Positions 20,242-30,795 of a stretch of 64,000 nt of DNA are shown here, in pieces (positions within the stretch are counted from its first letter, which is position 1; each line of letters opens with the position of its first letter). The stretch is taken from NCBI GenBank assembly GCA_963662275.1, contig OY759316.1, positions 1,440,001-1,504,000 on the forward strand, given 5' to 3'. The notes below the pieces were generated by a model. That model saw only the letters and a list, made by a program, of their open reading frames with translations. It did no database searches and was not told the DNA's origin. This DNA is from Candidatus Cloacimonadales bacterium (GTDB lineage Bacteria > Cloacimonadota > Cloacimonadia > Cloacimonadales > DAONDQ01). Both the position numbers and the translations under genes were made by a program.

Positions 20242-20518
20242 ATTACTACTCCTACTGAAATCATTAATGACTTTGGATACAGAAAACATTCCAAAATCAA
20301 AAATATTAATATTCTTTTTAACTTGCAACTAAATTATTTAGAATTTCATGTTTGAGACAGGTACAAGATGTCATCAATTCAATTTGCTCGATTTACTACA
20401 GGCGTTTCGATTAATCAATCTGTTCTTAATTCTAACAGAGGAATTCAATATAACTGATTACAATTTGACATAATCTCTAGCAATTGATAACTTACCCAAA
20501 ACAACCAAGGAGATTAAC

Positions 20519-21172
20519 ATGAAAAAGGGATTTCTTATACTAATTATCGTCGTTGGAATAATGATTGTCATTTTTCTGGGAGTTCTTTATTTCTTTAACA
20601 AGGGACCTGATCTTAAAAAATATGAGTACTTAAAAAATCCGATCATTGTTCAAATTCCTTCTCAAAATATGCTTGTCGTTGTAACGAAAGGGGATCCGAA
20701 TGAAATCGCAGGTAAAGCATTTAAGCTTCTTTATAGAGAATATTATTCCCTAGTGGGATTTTCTAAAAATATGAAGCCTGTTGTACCACGAGCACGTTGG
20801 ATGACTGATTTTGATTCTCCAAAAGACCAATGGATGGGGCAATTTGCATTACAAATTCCTGATTCTGTAACGACGTTACGCTCAGTGCCAAACGATGAAA
20901 ACCTCAAACTCTACATTACGACCTGGAATTATGGTACTTGTGCTGAAATTCTTCACCAAGGATCATATGATTCAGAAAGAAGTACGATTAACAAACTGGA
21001 AGATTACATTACAAGCCAAGGTTTTCGTATCACTGGGGCACATGAAGAAGAATATCTGAAAGGACCGGGATTGTTTGGACCCGGTAATCCCAAAAATTAT
21101 TCTACTATCATTCGTTATCCGATTGAAAAGATAAAACTAATCAAGGATGAGAAAGGAAATGGATCAAGATAA
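20519..21172 (+). CDS. Membrane-anchored GyrI-like effector-binding protein
   Basis: N-terminal TM; ILHQGSYD, HEEEYL, TIIRYPI. Confidence 0.75.
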   Translation: MKKGFLILIIVVGIMIVIFLGVLYFFNKGPDLKKYEYLKNPIIVQIPSQNMLVVVTKGDPNEIAGKAFKLLYREYYSLVGFSKNMKPVVPRARWMTDFDSPKDQWMGQFALQIPDSVTTLRSVPNDENLKLYITTWNYGTCAEILHQGSYDSERSTINKLEDYITSQGFRITGAHEEEYLKGPGLFGPGNPKNYSTIIRYPIEKIKLIKDEKGNGSR

Positions 21173-21283
21173 CCAAGGATGAAATACTAGTTTTTAGGAT
21201 TTTGTTTCAGGATATTTCGCTTGACATTCCTTATTCGCTATGGGTAATAGATATTGCATACTGATGAGGGGAGGAATATAATC

Positions 21284-21853
21284 ATGCTAAAAGATTTAGT
21301 TTTAAAAAACCGCAGTTATCGACGTTTCTATGAAGACGAGGAAATAACACGTGAGACATTATTGGAACTTGTCGATTTGGCACGACTGTCACCGAGTGCG
21401 GCAAACCAGCAGCAATTGCGTTACTATCTATCCAATGAGCAAGAGACGAATGATTTTATCTTTTCCTGCTGTTCATGGGCAGGATATATACTAGATTGGA
21501 GTGGACCGAAGAAGGGTGAAAGACCTTCTGCATATATCGTGATATTAGGAAATACACTTTTTAGCCATCATGTCTCTATTGATCTAGGGATTGCAAGCCA
21601 GTCTATTTTATTGGGAGCTGTTGAAAAAGGACTTGGTGGCTGTTGCATTGCTTCCCTTCAACATGATAAACTTCAAATGGGTATGGAGTTTCCTGAAGAT
21701 TTGGAAGTTCTATTGGTTATAGCCCTGGGAAAACCTCTGGAAAAAGTGATCATCGATCCTATGCCTGATGGAGATGATATACGCTACTGGCGGGATAAAG
21801 AAGGTGTGCATCATGTGCCTAAGAAGAGTTTAAATGAGATTATCATAGAATGA
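21284..21853 (+). CDS. Nitroreductase family protein
   Basis: RSYRRF, ARLSPSAANQQ, HHVPKK. Confidence 0.88.
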   Translation: MLKDLVLKNRSYRRFYEDEEITRETLLELVDLARLSPSAANQQQLRYYLSNEQETNDFIFSCCSWAGYILDWSGPKKGERPSAYIVILGNTLFSHHVSIDLGIASQSILLGAVEKGLGGCCIASLQHDKLQMGMEFPEDLEVLLVIALGKPLEKVIIDPMPDGDDIRYWRDKEGVHHVPKKSLNEIIIE

Positions 21854-21926
21854 AATATCGAGCAGGACACCGATCCTGCTGAATATCTGTTATACTGGGT
21901 CAGCCTCTTGCTACAAGTATATAAAC

Positions 21927-21956
21927 AAATGAGCCGTTCAATAGAACGGCTCATTT
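21927..21956. terminator. Bidirectional terminator between convergent genes
   Basis: AAATGAGCCGTTC-AATA-GAACGGCTCATTT. Confidence 0.75.
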
Positions 21957-21976
21957 AACTTATGGACTGATTAGTT

Positions 21977-22849
21977 TTATTTAGTCATAATCACAATGAA
22001 CTTATTCTGTCTGAATGTTTCCGGTTTTGTAACCTGGAGTTTTGTTTGTTTATCATTGACGGGGATAATTTCATATGAGTCAGCATTCTGTGATGACAGA
22101 ATAGATACTTTTTTCATCGTCTGATTGATATTGATTGATTGCTCATTGAGTAGATTTAAGCTGGAAAATTCAGCAGTTTTGTATTTTTTTAATATCCTGG
22201 GTGTTTTACCTATACCCAGGAAACCACCTGTGTTTTCAAGGATGCCTTTGGCAATAAGTTGTTTTTGAGTTCCAATAACATAGTAAACAGTATTGACTAT
22301 TTCGTCCTGTAGTTTCAGGGATTTATCTCTTTCTGAGATTGTAAGATCCCTGGAAGCAATTTCCTCTTTGGAAGTCACTCTTTCAGTTTCCAGTGTACGA
22401 TTCAATTCATTGATTTGATTACTTAAGCTGGCTATTAATTCTTCTTTTTCTGTAAGAGAGATTTTAAGTTTTTCAACTAATTGCTCCAAACCTCGGATCT
22501 TGATGCTGTTATTACTGAGTTTTTTCTCTAAATCGCTTATCCTGGTTTTATATGCCGTCATTTGGGAATTCAACTGGTCTATCTTGTTCATGATTCTGCC
22601 CTTCTTATCGACTACAGCGGAGTCAGGTAATTCAGGATTGCTCGAAATGTCTTTGATTGATTCAGCGCTGATATTATCTAAACTGCTTTGAATATCAGAA
22701 ATGGTCTTCGTTGCATCATCTACATAGGCTGTTATTTCTTCATTTTGTTTCTTCAGTTCATGATTCTTTTGAATGGTTGCGATCAGATATGCCGATACTC
22801 CAACCAAACCAAGTGCAACGATTATTAAGATTATATTTACGGCTTTCAT
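21977..22849 (-). CDS. Membrane-anchored coiled-coil protein (Cbp1-like)
   Basis: N-terminal TM, long heptad coil, NTVYYVIGT...L...GI...GGFLG. Confidence 0.65.
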   Translation of the reverse strand: MKAVNIILIIVALGLVGVSAYLIATIQKNHELKKQNEEITAYVDDATKTISDIQSSLDNISAESIKDISSNPELPDSAVVDKKGRIMNKIDQLNSQMTAYKTRISDLEKKLSNNSIKIRGLEQLVEKLKISLTEKEELIASLSNQINELNRTLETERVTSKEEIASRDLTISERDKSLKLQDEIVNTVYYVIGTQKQLIAKGILENTGGFLGIGKTPRILKKYKTAEFSSLNLLNEQSININQTMKKVSILSSQNADSYEIIPVNDKQTKLQVTKPETFRQNKFIVIMTK

Positions 22850-22924
22850 AATGGCTCCTTAATTTTTCTTATCGATTTCATCGGGATTTGTTTTTCTTGA
22901 ATACAGAGGACAATATAACTGTAA

Positions 22925-23605
22925 TTAGCTCAAACGCATCAATATCTTTTCTCCTATAATCTGTTTTCTTTGTTTTTGATCATCTGTTGGTCTTAATGTA
23001 TTTAAAGATCGTTTTAAAACCGGTAGGGCATAAGTGAGTTCCTCTTCTGCTCCCTGCATATCCATTAAAGTATAGAGTGTGTAGTAAAAAGGAAATCTTT
23101 TCCATTTCCCATGATCATCACGAAGCGACTTAATCGCTTTCAGACTAGACTTTATGTAAAGTTTAGCTTCCGGTTCAGGAATCAGTTTCATGACCCGAAG
23201 AACGGCATCTGTGCATTTTCCGCAACAAAACATGGAAGCTGGATTCTTTCCATAGAAGCCTGTAAACTCTGCAAAAGGAAGGAGGGCATTATGAATCGCT
23301 TTTTGTACAAAATCTTCCTTAATATCCAGCCATAATAAAGCATGAAGAGCTTCCTCTCCAAGTATATGGCGTAACGATGCATTTGAATTCAGTACTTCTC
23401 CGGTAAATACTCTTGTTTCATTTTGCTTATCCGCGGGAGGAATAGCAAACATTCCCCGGTATGAACCTGGTTTTCCCTGTAATGATGAAATCCAGCGAGC
23501 AATTAAGACTTTTTCTTGTTCACTTATTTTCTCTTCCAGCAAGATTTTATCATTCAGATTATGAAGAGTTAGAGCCAAGCTATTCTCATTTAGAATATTC
23601 ATCAT
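22925..23605 (-). CDS. Hypothetical protein
   Basis: 226-aa ORF with AAGGA RBS; CCGKC and RFPFYYTL motifs. Confidence 0.7.
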   Translation of the reverse strand: MMNILNENSLALTLHNLNDKILLEEKISEQEKVLIARWISSLQGKPGSYRGMFAIPPADKQNETRVFTGEVLNSNASLRHILGEEALHALLWLDIKEDFVQKAIHNALLPFAEFTGFYGKNPASMFCCGKCTDAVLRVMKLIPEPEAKLYIKSSLKAIKSLRDDHGKWKRFPFYYTLYTLMDMQGAEEELTYALPVLKRSLNTLRPTDDQKQRKQIIGEKILMRLS

Positions 23606-23734
23606 AATATCCTTTTAAAAGTCTGGTTCCAGAAATTCGTTTTTTAAGCATATCCGTCAAGTTAATATTGACATAAATCCATTTGATTCGGATTGCTAAC
23701 CGTTGAAGAAACATGATTATGATTAGGAGATTCC

Positions 23735-25285
23735 ATGCATTATGCCTTATTGAAACATTGGGTCGAAGAGAATGCTCCCAAGTTGATAGGAAAGATCATT
23801 ACCGGTATGGAGCAATTTGAAGATCAGATGAGAATAACAATTCTCGGGACGCAGGAATCACTTCAATTGAACCTGATGAATAAAGATACATTTGCTTTCT
23901 TCTCAAATAAGCATGACTTGCCATTTCTTCCTACAAAAGACTCAGGTGCCTTTCAAAAACACATCAATGGAAGCACAATTCAATCGGTTGAAATGGATCA
24001 ATCTGACCGCATTATGTACTTTACACTTCACCGCACAGATATGTACCAGGACACGAATCAGTATCGTCTTATCTTTGAAATGATTCCAACTTACCAGAAT
24101 ATCATACTTACACGGCTTGATCATGGGAAGGAAATCGTGTTCGAAGCAATGCGTAAATTCAGCCTGGCTGATAATCCGCATAGGCAGATACTACCCGGCA
24201 GCCCATATATGTTACCACCGAATTTTGGGATACATAATGCGAAGAAGGATATAGGGTTGCCCCCCTCTTTAAAAGGGGTTATTAATCCCGTAGAAAATAA
24301 TGGGCATACAATCTCCCCTCTATTAAGCATTAGAGAGGGATCCGGGGTGAGTAGTGGGGTCAATCTCCAATTCGAATCTCTTTATTATGACACATATCTT
24401 CCCACAAAGAAAACTGATATCCAGCGCAGTATGATCAAGCAGATAAATACAGAAGTCATCAAACTGGAACGAAAATTAGCCAAGCAGGAAGTTGAACTGA
24501 TTTCTGCCAAAGATGAAACGCTCTGGTTTAATTATGCCGAACTGTTGAAAGCAAATTTCTCTCAGATCAAGCCGGGAATGAATTCTCTAGTTGTGACAGA
24601 TTATTTTACAGACGGTTTCCCCGAGATTGAGATACCGTTGCAGGGTGATAAATCTCCACGTATCAATATGGAATATTATGTCAGGAAATACAGGAAAGCA
24701 CGGAATGGCAGAGAAATTATCGAGAAAAATATCAGGGATGGGAAACAGAAGTTAGCTTTATTGTTGGAACGTATTGTGAAGATAAAAGATACGGATTCTT
24801 ATCTGGAGCTACGTTCAGAAATGGGAAAGAAAGGTGAAAGAACATCTCACCAGGTCAAGACTCTATTTCGTCACCTCCTGATCAATGAAAACTGGGAAAT
24901 TCTGATTGGCAGATCAGCAAAGGAAAATGACCTGCTTTCACTTCATACAGCAAAACCTCAGGATTGGTGGTTTCATACCCGTATTTACCAGGGAACACAC
25001 GTCGTCCTGAGAAACTTTAAAAAGCAGGAATTACCTGAAGAACTGAAACTACTCTGTGCCCGACTCGCAGCATATTACAGCAAGGCTAAATCTTCTTCCC
25101 AGGTACCGGTAGATTTTACCCAAATTCGTTATATCCGTAAACCACGTGGCAGTGCACCAGGCTATGTGACCTATTCTCACCAGCATACGGTCTTTGTTGA
25201 TCCCATTAGTTATCGGGAAGCAGCTTTGAAATTGAATAAAGTAGAAAGTACAGGTCATGAACATCCTTCCTTAATGCCCCTCTGA
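23735..25285 (+). CDS. NFACT/RqcH (FbpA-like) ribosome quality-control protein
   Basis: DRIM, NIIL, IGRSAKEND, DWWFH..GTHVV, LAAYYSK, GYVTY. Confidence 0.85.
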   Translation: MHYALLKHWVEENAPKLIGKIITGMEQFEDQMRITILGTQESLQLNLMNKDTFAFFSNKHDLPFLPTKDSGAFQKHINGSTIQSVEMDQSDRIMYFTLHRTDMYQDTNQYRLIFEMIPTYQNIILTRLDHGKEIVFEAMRKFSLADNPHRQILPGSPYMLPPNFGIHNAKKDIGLPPSLKGVINPVENNGHTISPLLSIREGSGVSSGVNLQFESLYYDTYLPTKKTDIQRSMIKQINTEVIKLERKLAKQEVELISAKDETLWFNYAELLKANFSQIKPGMNSLVVTDYFTDGFPEIEIPLQGDKSPRINMEYYVRKYRKARNGREIIEKNIRDGKQKLALLLERIVKIKDTDSYLELRSEMGKKGERTSHQVKTLFRHLLINENWEILIGRSAKENDLLSLHTAKPQDWWFHTRIYQGTHVVLRNFKKQELPEELKLLCARLAAYYSKAKSSSQVPVDFTQIRYIRKPRGSAPGYVTYSHQHTVFVDPISYREAALKLNKVESTGHEHPSLMPL

Positions 25286-25299
25286 GAGAAGTGATATTT

Positions 25300-26049
25300 A
25301 TGCGAGAAAGACAAATAATCACTCGTGGAATTATTCTGAATCGTACTGATTACACTGATACCAGTCTCATCCTGGATGTGTTTTCTGAAGATTTGGGACG
25401 TATTTCTGTCATTGTTAAAGGGGCGAAACGAGAAAAACGACAGGATACAGGTTTCTATAGCCTGATGAATGTCTTGGAGTGGACTTTAATAAGCCAACAA
25501 TCCGAAATGTACATTCTGAAGTCTTCGAATCTCCTGGAAAGTACAGCCATGACTGAACAGTGGGAGACTTTTTCGCTGCAATGCGCTGGACTGGAATTGT
25601 ATCGTTCTATTATGGTGACTCATGAGGAAGCTTCAGAATATTATGAACTATTATATTCATACTTAGTTTTTCTGCCAAAGATAACAGCGAATGGTATTCT
25701 CATTTTTTGGAGATTCTTGCTGAGAGTTTTTCAGAAAATGGGGATAGAATTAAATGTTAAAGCTTGTGCTTTTTGCCGGAAGGAGGATATTCCTCTTCCT
25801 TATTACAATAGTCATCGAAGTGGTTTCGTTTGCCAGGATTGCACATCCAAACTCAATGAACCGTCAATACCTTTAGATTCTCATGCTGCAAATATACTGC
25901 ATTCTCTACCATATATAGGACATTTATTGATTGATATTCAACTATCTAAAAGGGAAACTGCCGAAATACAATCTATCTTTCTTCGTCATTATGAAGATCA
26001 TATGCATCAGAAGCTTTGTTTTAAGAGTCTAATAGATTTGTTAAAGTAA
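25300..26049 (+). CDS. recO: DNA repair protein RecO
   Basis: GIIL..DY.D..LI...FS...G.I..IVKGAK and CxxC...CxxC zinc finger. Confidence 0.9.
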   Translation: MRERQIITRGIILNRTDYTDTSLILDVFSEDLGRISVIVKGAKREKRQDTGFYSLMNVLEWTLISQQSEMYILKSSNLLESTAMTEQWETFSLQCAGLELYRSIMVTHEEASEYYELLYSYLVFLPKITANGILIFWRFLLRVFQKMGIELNVKACAFCRKEDIPLPYYNSHRSGFVCQDCTSKLNEPSIPLDSHAANILHSLPYIGHLLIDIQLSKRETAEIQSIFLRHYEDHMHQKLCFKSLIDLLK

Positions 26050-26073
26050 TTGTGACTATTTGGAAATAATAAA

Positions 26074-26169
26074 GTAGAGACGCCCAACTTGGGCGTCTTA
26101 ATTAAGGATCGAGTTACATCTGCTACAAATACATTGTAAAATAGAGACGCCCAACTTGGGCGTCTCTAT
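26074..26169. repeat. GTAG-type REP pair AGAGACGCCCAACTTGGGCGTCT
   Basis: Copies at 26074-26098 and 26141-26169; third copy at 63469-63497. Confidence 0.85.
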
Positions 26170-26196
26170 TTAGGAGATAAAACAGAGGGGACGAGT

Positions 26197-27507
26197 TTAT
26201 TGGAGAAGAATAAATTTCTTGGTTATGCTGGTATTTGTTGTGTTTAATTTGTAGAAATATACACCTGCACCACATACGTTACCATGAGAATCAATACCAT
26301 TCCATGATACTTCCTGGCTGCCCTGGGAACGAGAGTATTGTTGAACTACTTGTCCACGGGTATTGTAAATGGTTAAAGTTGCTGTTTCACCAGTTTTTAC
26401 GTCAAAACCGATCTTTGTTCCTGAGGCTGCAGTGAAGGGATTTGGATAGGCGTTTCTTAATGCTGTAGCCACAGTAATGGTTGGAGTCGTTGGGTTATCG
26501 ATAGTAGCAGTGATATAATTACTAAAATTGGATTTATTATTGAAATCAACATTCTCCACCCAATAGTAATAGGTTGTACTATTTTCCACTTCGGGGTCAG
26601 TAAAGTTGTAGCTATGTGTCGTAGAAGTATTGGTTCCACTTATGATGGCTTGGTTCAGTTTGAGAGCATTTGAAATATTGGAGTCTGAGGAGCGATAGAC
26701 ATTGAAACCAAGATTATTAGTTTCAGATTCTGTTGTCCATTGCAGGTTCACCAGCATCTGGGAGGTCACGGTAGCGGTAAAGGAACTCATTTCGACAGGA
26801 AGCTCAATTTCATTATATGAAACTAGGAAATTATCAAATCCAGTAATGCGAAAATTTCCTACAGCAAAGTAGGGATAGATCATACCCGCATTTGCAAAGT
26901 CTGGATTTGATCTTCCGCCGATGGAAAATCCATGCAAAGCGTTAATTATGTTACCATTGATGTCCGAACTATTAATGAAAAAAGCCTCTGAAAACTGACC
27001 AGAAAGTTGTCTTTCAAGATAAAACCAAACATAATACCACGCATAAAGTGGTAAATCACCCGTGTCAGAAAACCATGGCATCACTATTGGACTTTCATTA
27101 CTATTTAAAAAACTACCTTCTCCTCCTTGGAAATTCATCCCCATGTATGGAACACCAACGACTTGACAATCAGCAGTTGCGTTATTGATATTGGATGCTG
27201 AAAATCCAATTCCACCATAACCATTATTGAAATCATTATAGAAATAACCTGAAAGAGAGATCGCTTCACCAATTCTCGGTACAGGGCATCCTGTTTTCAG
27301 AGTCCATACATCATTCATACCCAAAGGAATCATTACACCGCCGGTATCGCCCAGACCACCATTAGCCATATTTATTGCCCCTGTTGGAAAACCATCATTG
27401 AATTGGCTGGTCAAGTTGCTTGGGTTGTTGAAATCGACGAGTTTGTCTATTGCCGATAATCCAATCACCAGCAATAACATACAAAAACTGATTAGAACTG
27501 TTTTCAT
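26197..27507 (-). CDS. Secreted protein with FlgD-Ig/T9SS-type C-terminal domain
   Basis: Signal peptide, LPVEMSSF, WTTESETNNLGFNVYR, AYPNPF, GVYFYKL. Confidence 0.85.
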   Translation of the reverse strand: MKTVLISFCMLLLVIGLSAIDKLVDFNNPSNLTSQFNDGFPTGAINMANGGLGDTGGVMIPLGMNDVWTLKTGCPVPRIGEAISLSGYFYNDFNNGYGGIGFSASNINNATADCQVVGVPYMGMNFQGGEGSFLNSNESPIVMPWFSDTGDLPLYAWYYVWFYLERQLSGQFSEAFFINSSDINGNIINALHGFSIGGRSNPDFANAGMIYPYFAVGNFRITGFDNFLVSYNEIELPVEMSSFTATVTSQMLVNLQWTTESETNNLGFNVYRSSDSNISNALKLNQAIISGTNTSTTHSYNFTDPEVENSTTYYYWVENVDFNNKSNFSNYITATIDNPTTPTITVATALRNAYPNPFTAASGTKIGFDVKTGETATLTIYNTRGQVVQQYSRSQGSQEVSWNGIDSHGNVCGAGVYFYKLNTTNTSITKKFILLQ

Positions 27508-27509
27508 TT

Positions 27510-27794
27510 TTAGTCTCCTTTTTTCTTGTTTTTGGTTGAGTCTTTAATACCTACAGACCCCATCGAAACTCTACGATCATAATTTTTCTTGATTGCAAGC
27601 TTGGATTTGCGCAATTGCTCCAATTCCTGATAAACGATATCTTTACTTTGGATATCGAAATCCCTGATAATGTTTTCAAAACTGCAATCTTGATGTTTGA
27701 TGGTAAATCCAAGCAAACCATTACCATCTTTATCATAGGTTTCTATGATTGCGCTTATGTCAACGATATTATTATTTTTTTCTTTTGTTTTCAT
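27510..27794 (-). CDS. Small hypothetical protein
   Basis: 94-aa ORF ending 2 bp before the next gene on the same strand. Confidence 0.45.
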   Translation of the reverse strand: MKTKEKNNNIVDISAIIETYDKDGNGLLGFTIKHQDCSFENIIRDFDIQSKDIVYQELEQLRKSKLAIKKNYDRRVSMGSVGIKDSTKNKKKGD

Positions 27795-28002
27795 AAGCTA
27801 TAATAAAGCAGGAATGGTACCAAAAAAAGGATATTTTAAATATACTGTATCTGTATGATATATGGGTTCTTATGAAATATGGGAAATCAGGAACTGCAAT
27901 AAATTTCAAAATAGCCCTGAAATTATATGAAAGTGAAATTTCATATGAAATTAATTTGCATCTAAAAACGAGATACTTATCTCCCCGGTTTAGCTCATTT
28001 AT

Positions 28003-28184
28003 TGTTACCTGTACGCTGTACGCTGTACCCTGTACCCTGTACCCTGTACCCTGTACCCTGTACCCTGTACGCTGTACCCTGTACCCTGTACCCTGTACCC
28101 TGTACCCTGTACCCTGTACCCTGTACCCTGTACCCTGTACCCTGTACCCTGTACCCTGTACCCTGTACGCTATACCCTACACCC
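28003..28184. repeat. Heptamer tandem repeat (TGTACCC)n, about 26 units
   Basis: Direct inspection. Confidence 0.95.
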
Positions 28185-28189
28185 TTCTG

Positions 28190-29143
28190 CTAGGAGTGAT
28201 TCCGCAGATTCAATTCCATAGGGTGTGGATTGAGGTAATATTGTTCTGCTAAATATGGCTTATCGTACTTTCGGACATAATGATTGATTAGGGTCATCGG
28301 AACGATAAGCGGGTAGTGTTCTGCTTTGTATTTTACTAAGATATCGATTAATTCAGCTTTCTCATCCGAACTCAAATCATTTTTAAAATATCCTAGAATA
28401 TGCAGCATCACATTTTGATGCTTGCTCCTTGTGGCAGGTTTCTTTGTTGCTTGCATCAGCATTTCATAGTAAGTCTGCAACACTTCGGGGAAAGCTAATT
28501 GAGAGGCAAATGCTACATACTTTCCTGTGCTTCTGTACAATTCGATATTATGAGCCATGAATAAAAGCTTATGACGTGTATGAAAAATGATCAGGTCATT
28601 TATTTTAGGATTGGAATTTAATAAATTCTGCCAACGCTTCATGATGAAGATGCGCTCAATAAAATTCTCTCTAAGGATAGGATCTTGCAGCCTGCCCTCC
28701 TCTTCAACGGGTAAATACGGAAAAGCTTTCATGAACTGGTTGGCAAAAATTCCAATGCCTTTTTTTTCAGCGATCCCATGGTTCTCGGGATAGACTTTTA
28801 CTCTTTCCATTCCACTACTGGGAGACCTACTTTTGAACACAAATCCGCATAGCTTCTCATTCCCTAGCTCACGTACCTTCTTTTCACAGAAAGAAAGCAT
28901 TTGATGAGTTAGATTTTTTCCCGTTTTTATTGTTACTAATCTTGGATTTTCAGGATTACCGACAAGATGCATTGCTTCCCTGGGAACAGACAAACCACAT
29001 TCCACTTCAGGACAAACAGGTACATAATCGACATATTTACCCAACTCTTCCACTAGCCAATTGTCATACTTATGCTGTCCATCATAGCGAACTTTATTTC
29101 CTAAAAGACAGGAGCTAATACCAAGTCGTATTTTTTCATCCAT
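28190..29143 (-). CDS. YbgA-like DUF523 + DUF1722 protein
   Basis: ISSCLLGNKVRYDG, VCPEVECGL, KSRSPSSG, EEEGRL.D..LRENF. Confidence 0.9.
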   Translation of the reverse strand: MDEKIRLGISSCLLGNKVRYDGQHKYDNWLVEELGKYVDYVPVCPEVECGLSVPREAMHLVGNPENPRLVTIKTGKNLTHQMLSFCEKKVRELGNEKLCGFVFKSRSPSSGMERVKVYPENHGIAEKKGIGIFANQFMKAFPYLPVEEEGRLQDPILRENFIERIFIMKRWQNLLNSNPKINDLIIFHTRHKLLFMAHNIELYRSTGKYVAFASQLAFPEVLQTYYEMLMQATKKPATRSKHQNVMLHILGYFKNDLSSDEKAELIDILVKYKAEHYPLIVPMTLINHYVRKYDKPYLAEQYYLNPHPMELNLRNHS

Positions 29144-29375
29144 GATTATAACCTCACATTTTAATATAATACATGAACCATATGATAGCAAGAAATTAAA
29201 ATGATTCTACACCTATCCTCACTTCACTTCAATGAACCGTTTCTGCTATTTCCTTGTTTTTTGTAGTAAGCGTTCAAATAGGTTCTGGATTGTCTCAATT
29301 ATAGACATTAGTGTAATAATACTTGACAAAACATGACATTATGTAATCTAATGGACAAAAGGAGCTTGATTAATT

Positions 29376-29846
29376 ATGGAAAAAGATATTCTTAGTATCG
29401 ATGAAACAGCAGAAATGCTCTCAATGCATCCACGAACCATACGCAGATATCTCAAGGCAGGTACATTAAAAGGAACTAAAATCGGCGGTGAATGGCGAAT
29501 ACAAAGATCTGACCTGAAAACAATGCTAGGCAGCCCTGAAGTGATACAAGAGCTAAATACAACTTGGAATAACAGTGTCTCTGATTTTATTGCAGGAAAA
29601 CAGGATATACCTCTCATGGGTTTCCGGATATGCACTGTGATCGACTGTATGTTTTCCGGTTCAGAAGAAGCACAGGAAATCTCTTCATCATTGCTGAGAA
29701 TTGTGAACCAGTATAAGTCAGAAGACGGTGAAGCGCGTTTCCAATATTCTTATGACTCTCAAACCGGGAAGGCACGCTTCATTCTTTGGGGTTCACCGGA
29801 CTACATCATCAAAATGCTGCAAGTTCTACCTGAAAGTAATTCGTAG
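29376..29846 (+). CDS. Excisionase-like HTH_17 DNA-binding protein
   Basis: LSIDETAEMLSMHPRTIRRY..G.L.G.KIGGEWRI. Confidence 0.8.
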   Translation: MEKDILSIDETAEMLSMHPRTIRRYLKAGTLKGTKIGGEWRIQRSDLKTMLGSPEVIQELNTTWNNSVSDFIAGKQDIPLMGFRICTVIDCMFSGSEEAQEISSSLLRIVNQYKSEDGEARFQYSYDSQTGKARFILWGSPDYIIKMLQVLPESNS

Positions 29847-29944
29847 CGCTGCCTTTAGGCGGTTATCTCGTAGCGCTGCCTTTAGGCGATAATCTCGTAG
29901 CACTGCCTTTAGGCGGTAATCTCGTAGCACTGCCTTTAGGCGGT
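29843..29944 (+). repeat. Four tandem 27-bp GTAG-type REP units
   Basis: GTAGCRCTGCCTTTAGGCG at 29843, 29870, 29897, 29924; relatives at 1386, 1620, 48229. Confidence 0.88.
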
Positions 29945-29967
29945 ATCTTATAAAAAAAGGAGGATCA

Positions 29968-30795
29968 ATGTTCCGTTATTTGTTTTTTATATTTCTCATT
30001 CTTTTCTTCATCACAGTACTTTCAGCAGAATCTTCAGCAAGCACTTTTGATTTACACCCCATAACCAAAATGTGGCAAACTGCAAAAACAATGCATCCTG
30101 CCTGGGAGAAACTATATCCAATTTGCATTGCCAGTGGTGATGACTTTTATCTGTACCAGCCTTCTTCCAATGGAACCTGGACGTTGACTAAAACGGAGAA
30201 TCGGTCTGGTCAGGTTCCTAAGGAAATCCGTGCAGCATATCCGGTTGACTTTGCAGATAATCAAATCGTCTGTGTCATCGATCCCAGTGTTTTAGCAAAT
30301 CAAAAGCAGATCATCACCGTATTTCATGAATTTGTTCATTGCTATCAGTTCAATACCTGTGAATTCAGTATTAAGGATTCGCTGCAGGTCAATCAGGATG
30401 CTATGGCACAGAAAAACTGGATGTGGGAGCTGAATTATCCATTTCCTTATGACAATATCAAAGTAACGAAAACCTACCTGACAATGATTGCCGCAGCAAA
30501 ACAAGGAAAAGTTAAGCAAGTGGGCATCCTTCGTGGAAAGCTTCGCTCTCTTCTTACAAAACAGGAATGGGAATACTTATCCTGGCAGGAATTCAAGGAA
30601 GGAACAGCCAGATATTTGCAGAATGAGTTAAATGCCAAATACGGTTACCCCAGGGCTACATCTTCACATCAAAAACCACTAAATCGTGTGATCTTCTATG
30701 AAGGAGGAGACTATATGATTCGCATGCTTCTCAAATCCAATCCGGATATGATTAATGATCTTCCTGCGCTGTGGATCGCATTATATACAAAATGA
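29968..30795 (+). CDS. Secreted hypothetical protein, possible HExxH metallopeptidase
   Basis: Signal peptide; FHEFVH and EGTARY. Confidence 0.65.
   Translation: MFRYLFFIFLILFFITVLSAESSASTFDLHPITKMWQTAKTMHPAWEKLYPICIASGDDFYLYQPSSNGTWTLTKTENRSGQVPKEIRAAYPVDFADNQIVCVIDPSVLANQKQIITVFHEFVHCYQFNTCEFSIKDSLQVNQDAMAQKNWMWELNYPFPYDNIKVTKTYLTMIAAAKQGKVKQVGILRGKLRSLLTKQEWEYLSWQEFKEGTARYLQNELNAKYGYPRATSSHQKPLNRVIFYEGGDYMIRMLLKSNPDMINDLPALWIALYTK

Noticed and set aside
27872..28252. ORFs with PVPCTLY repeats (also 28002-28193 and 49017-49391)
   Set aside because: Translation artefacts of stop-free heptamer arrays
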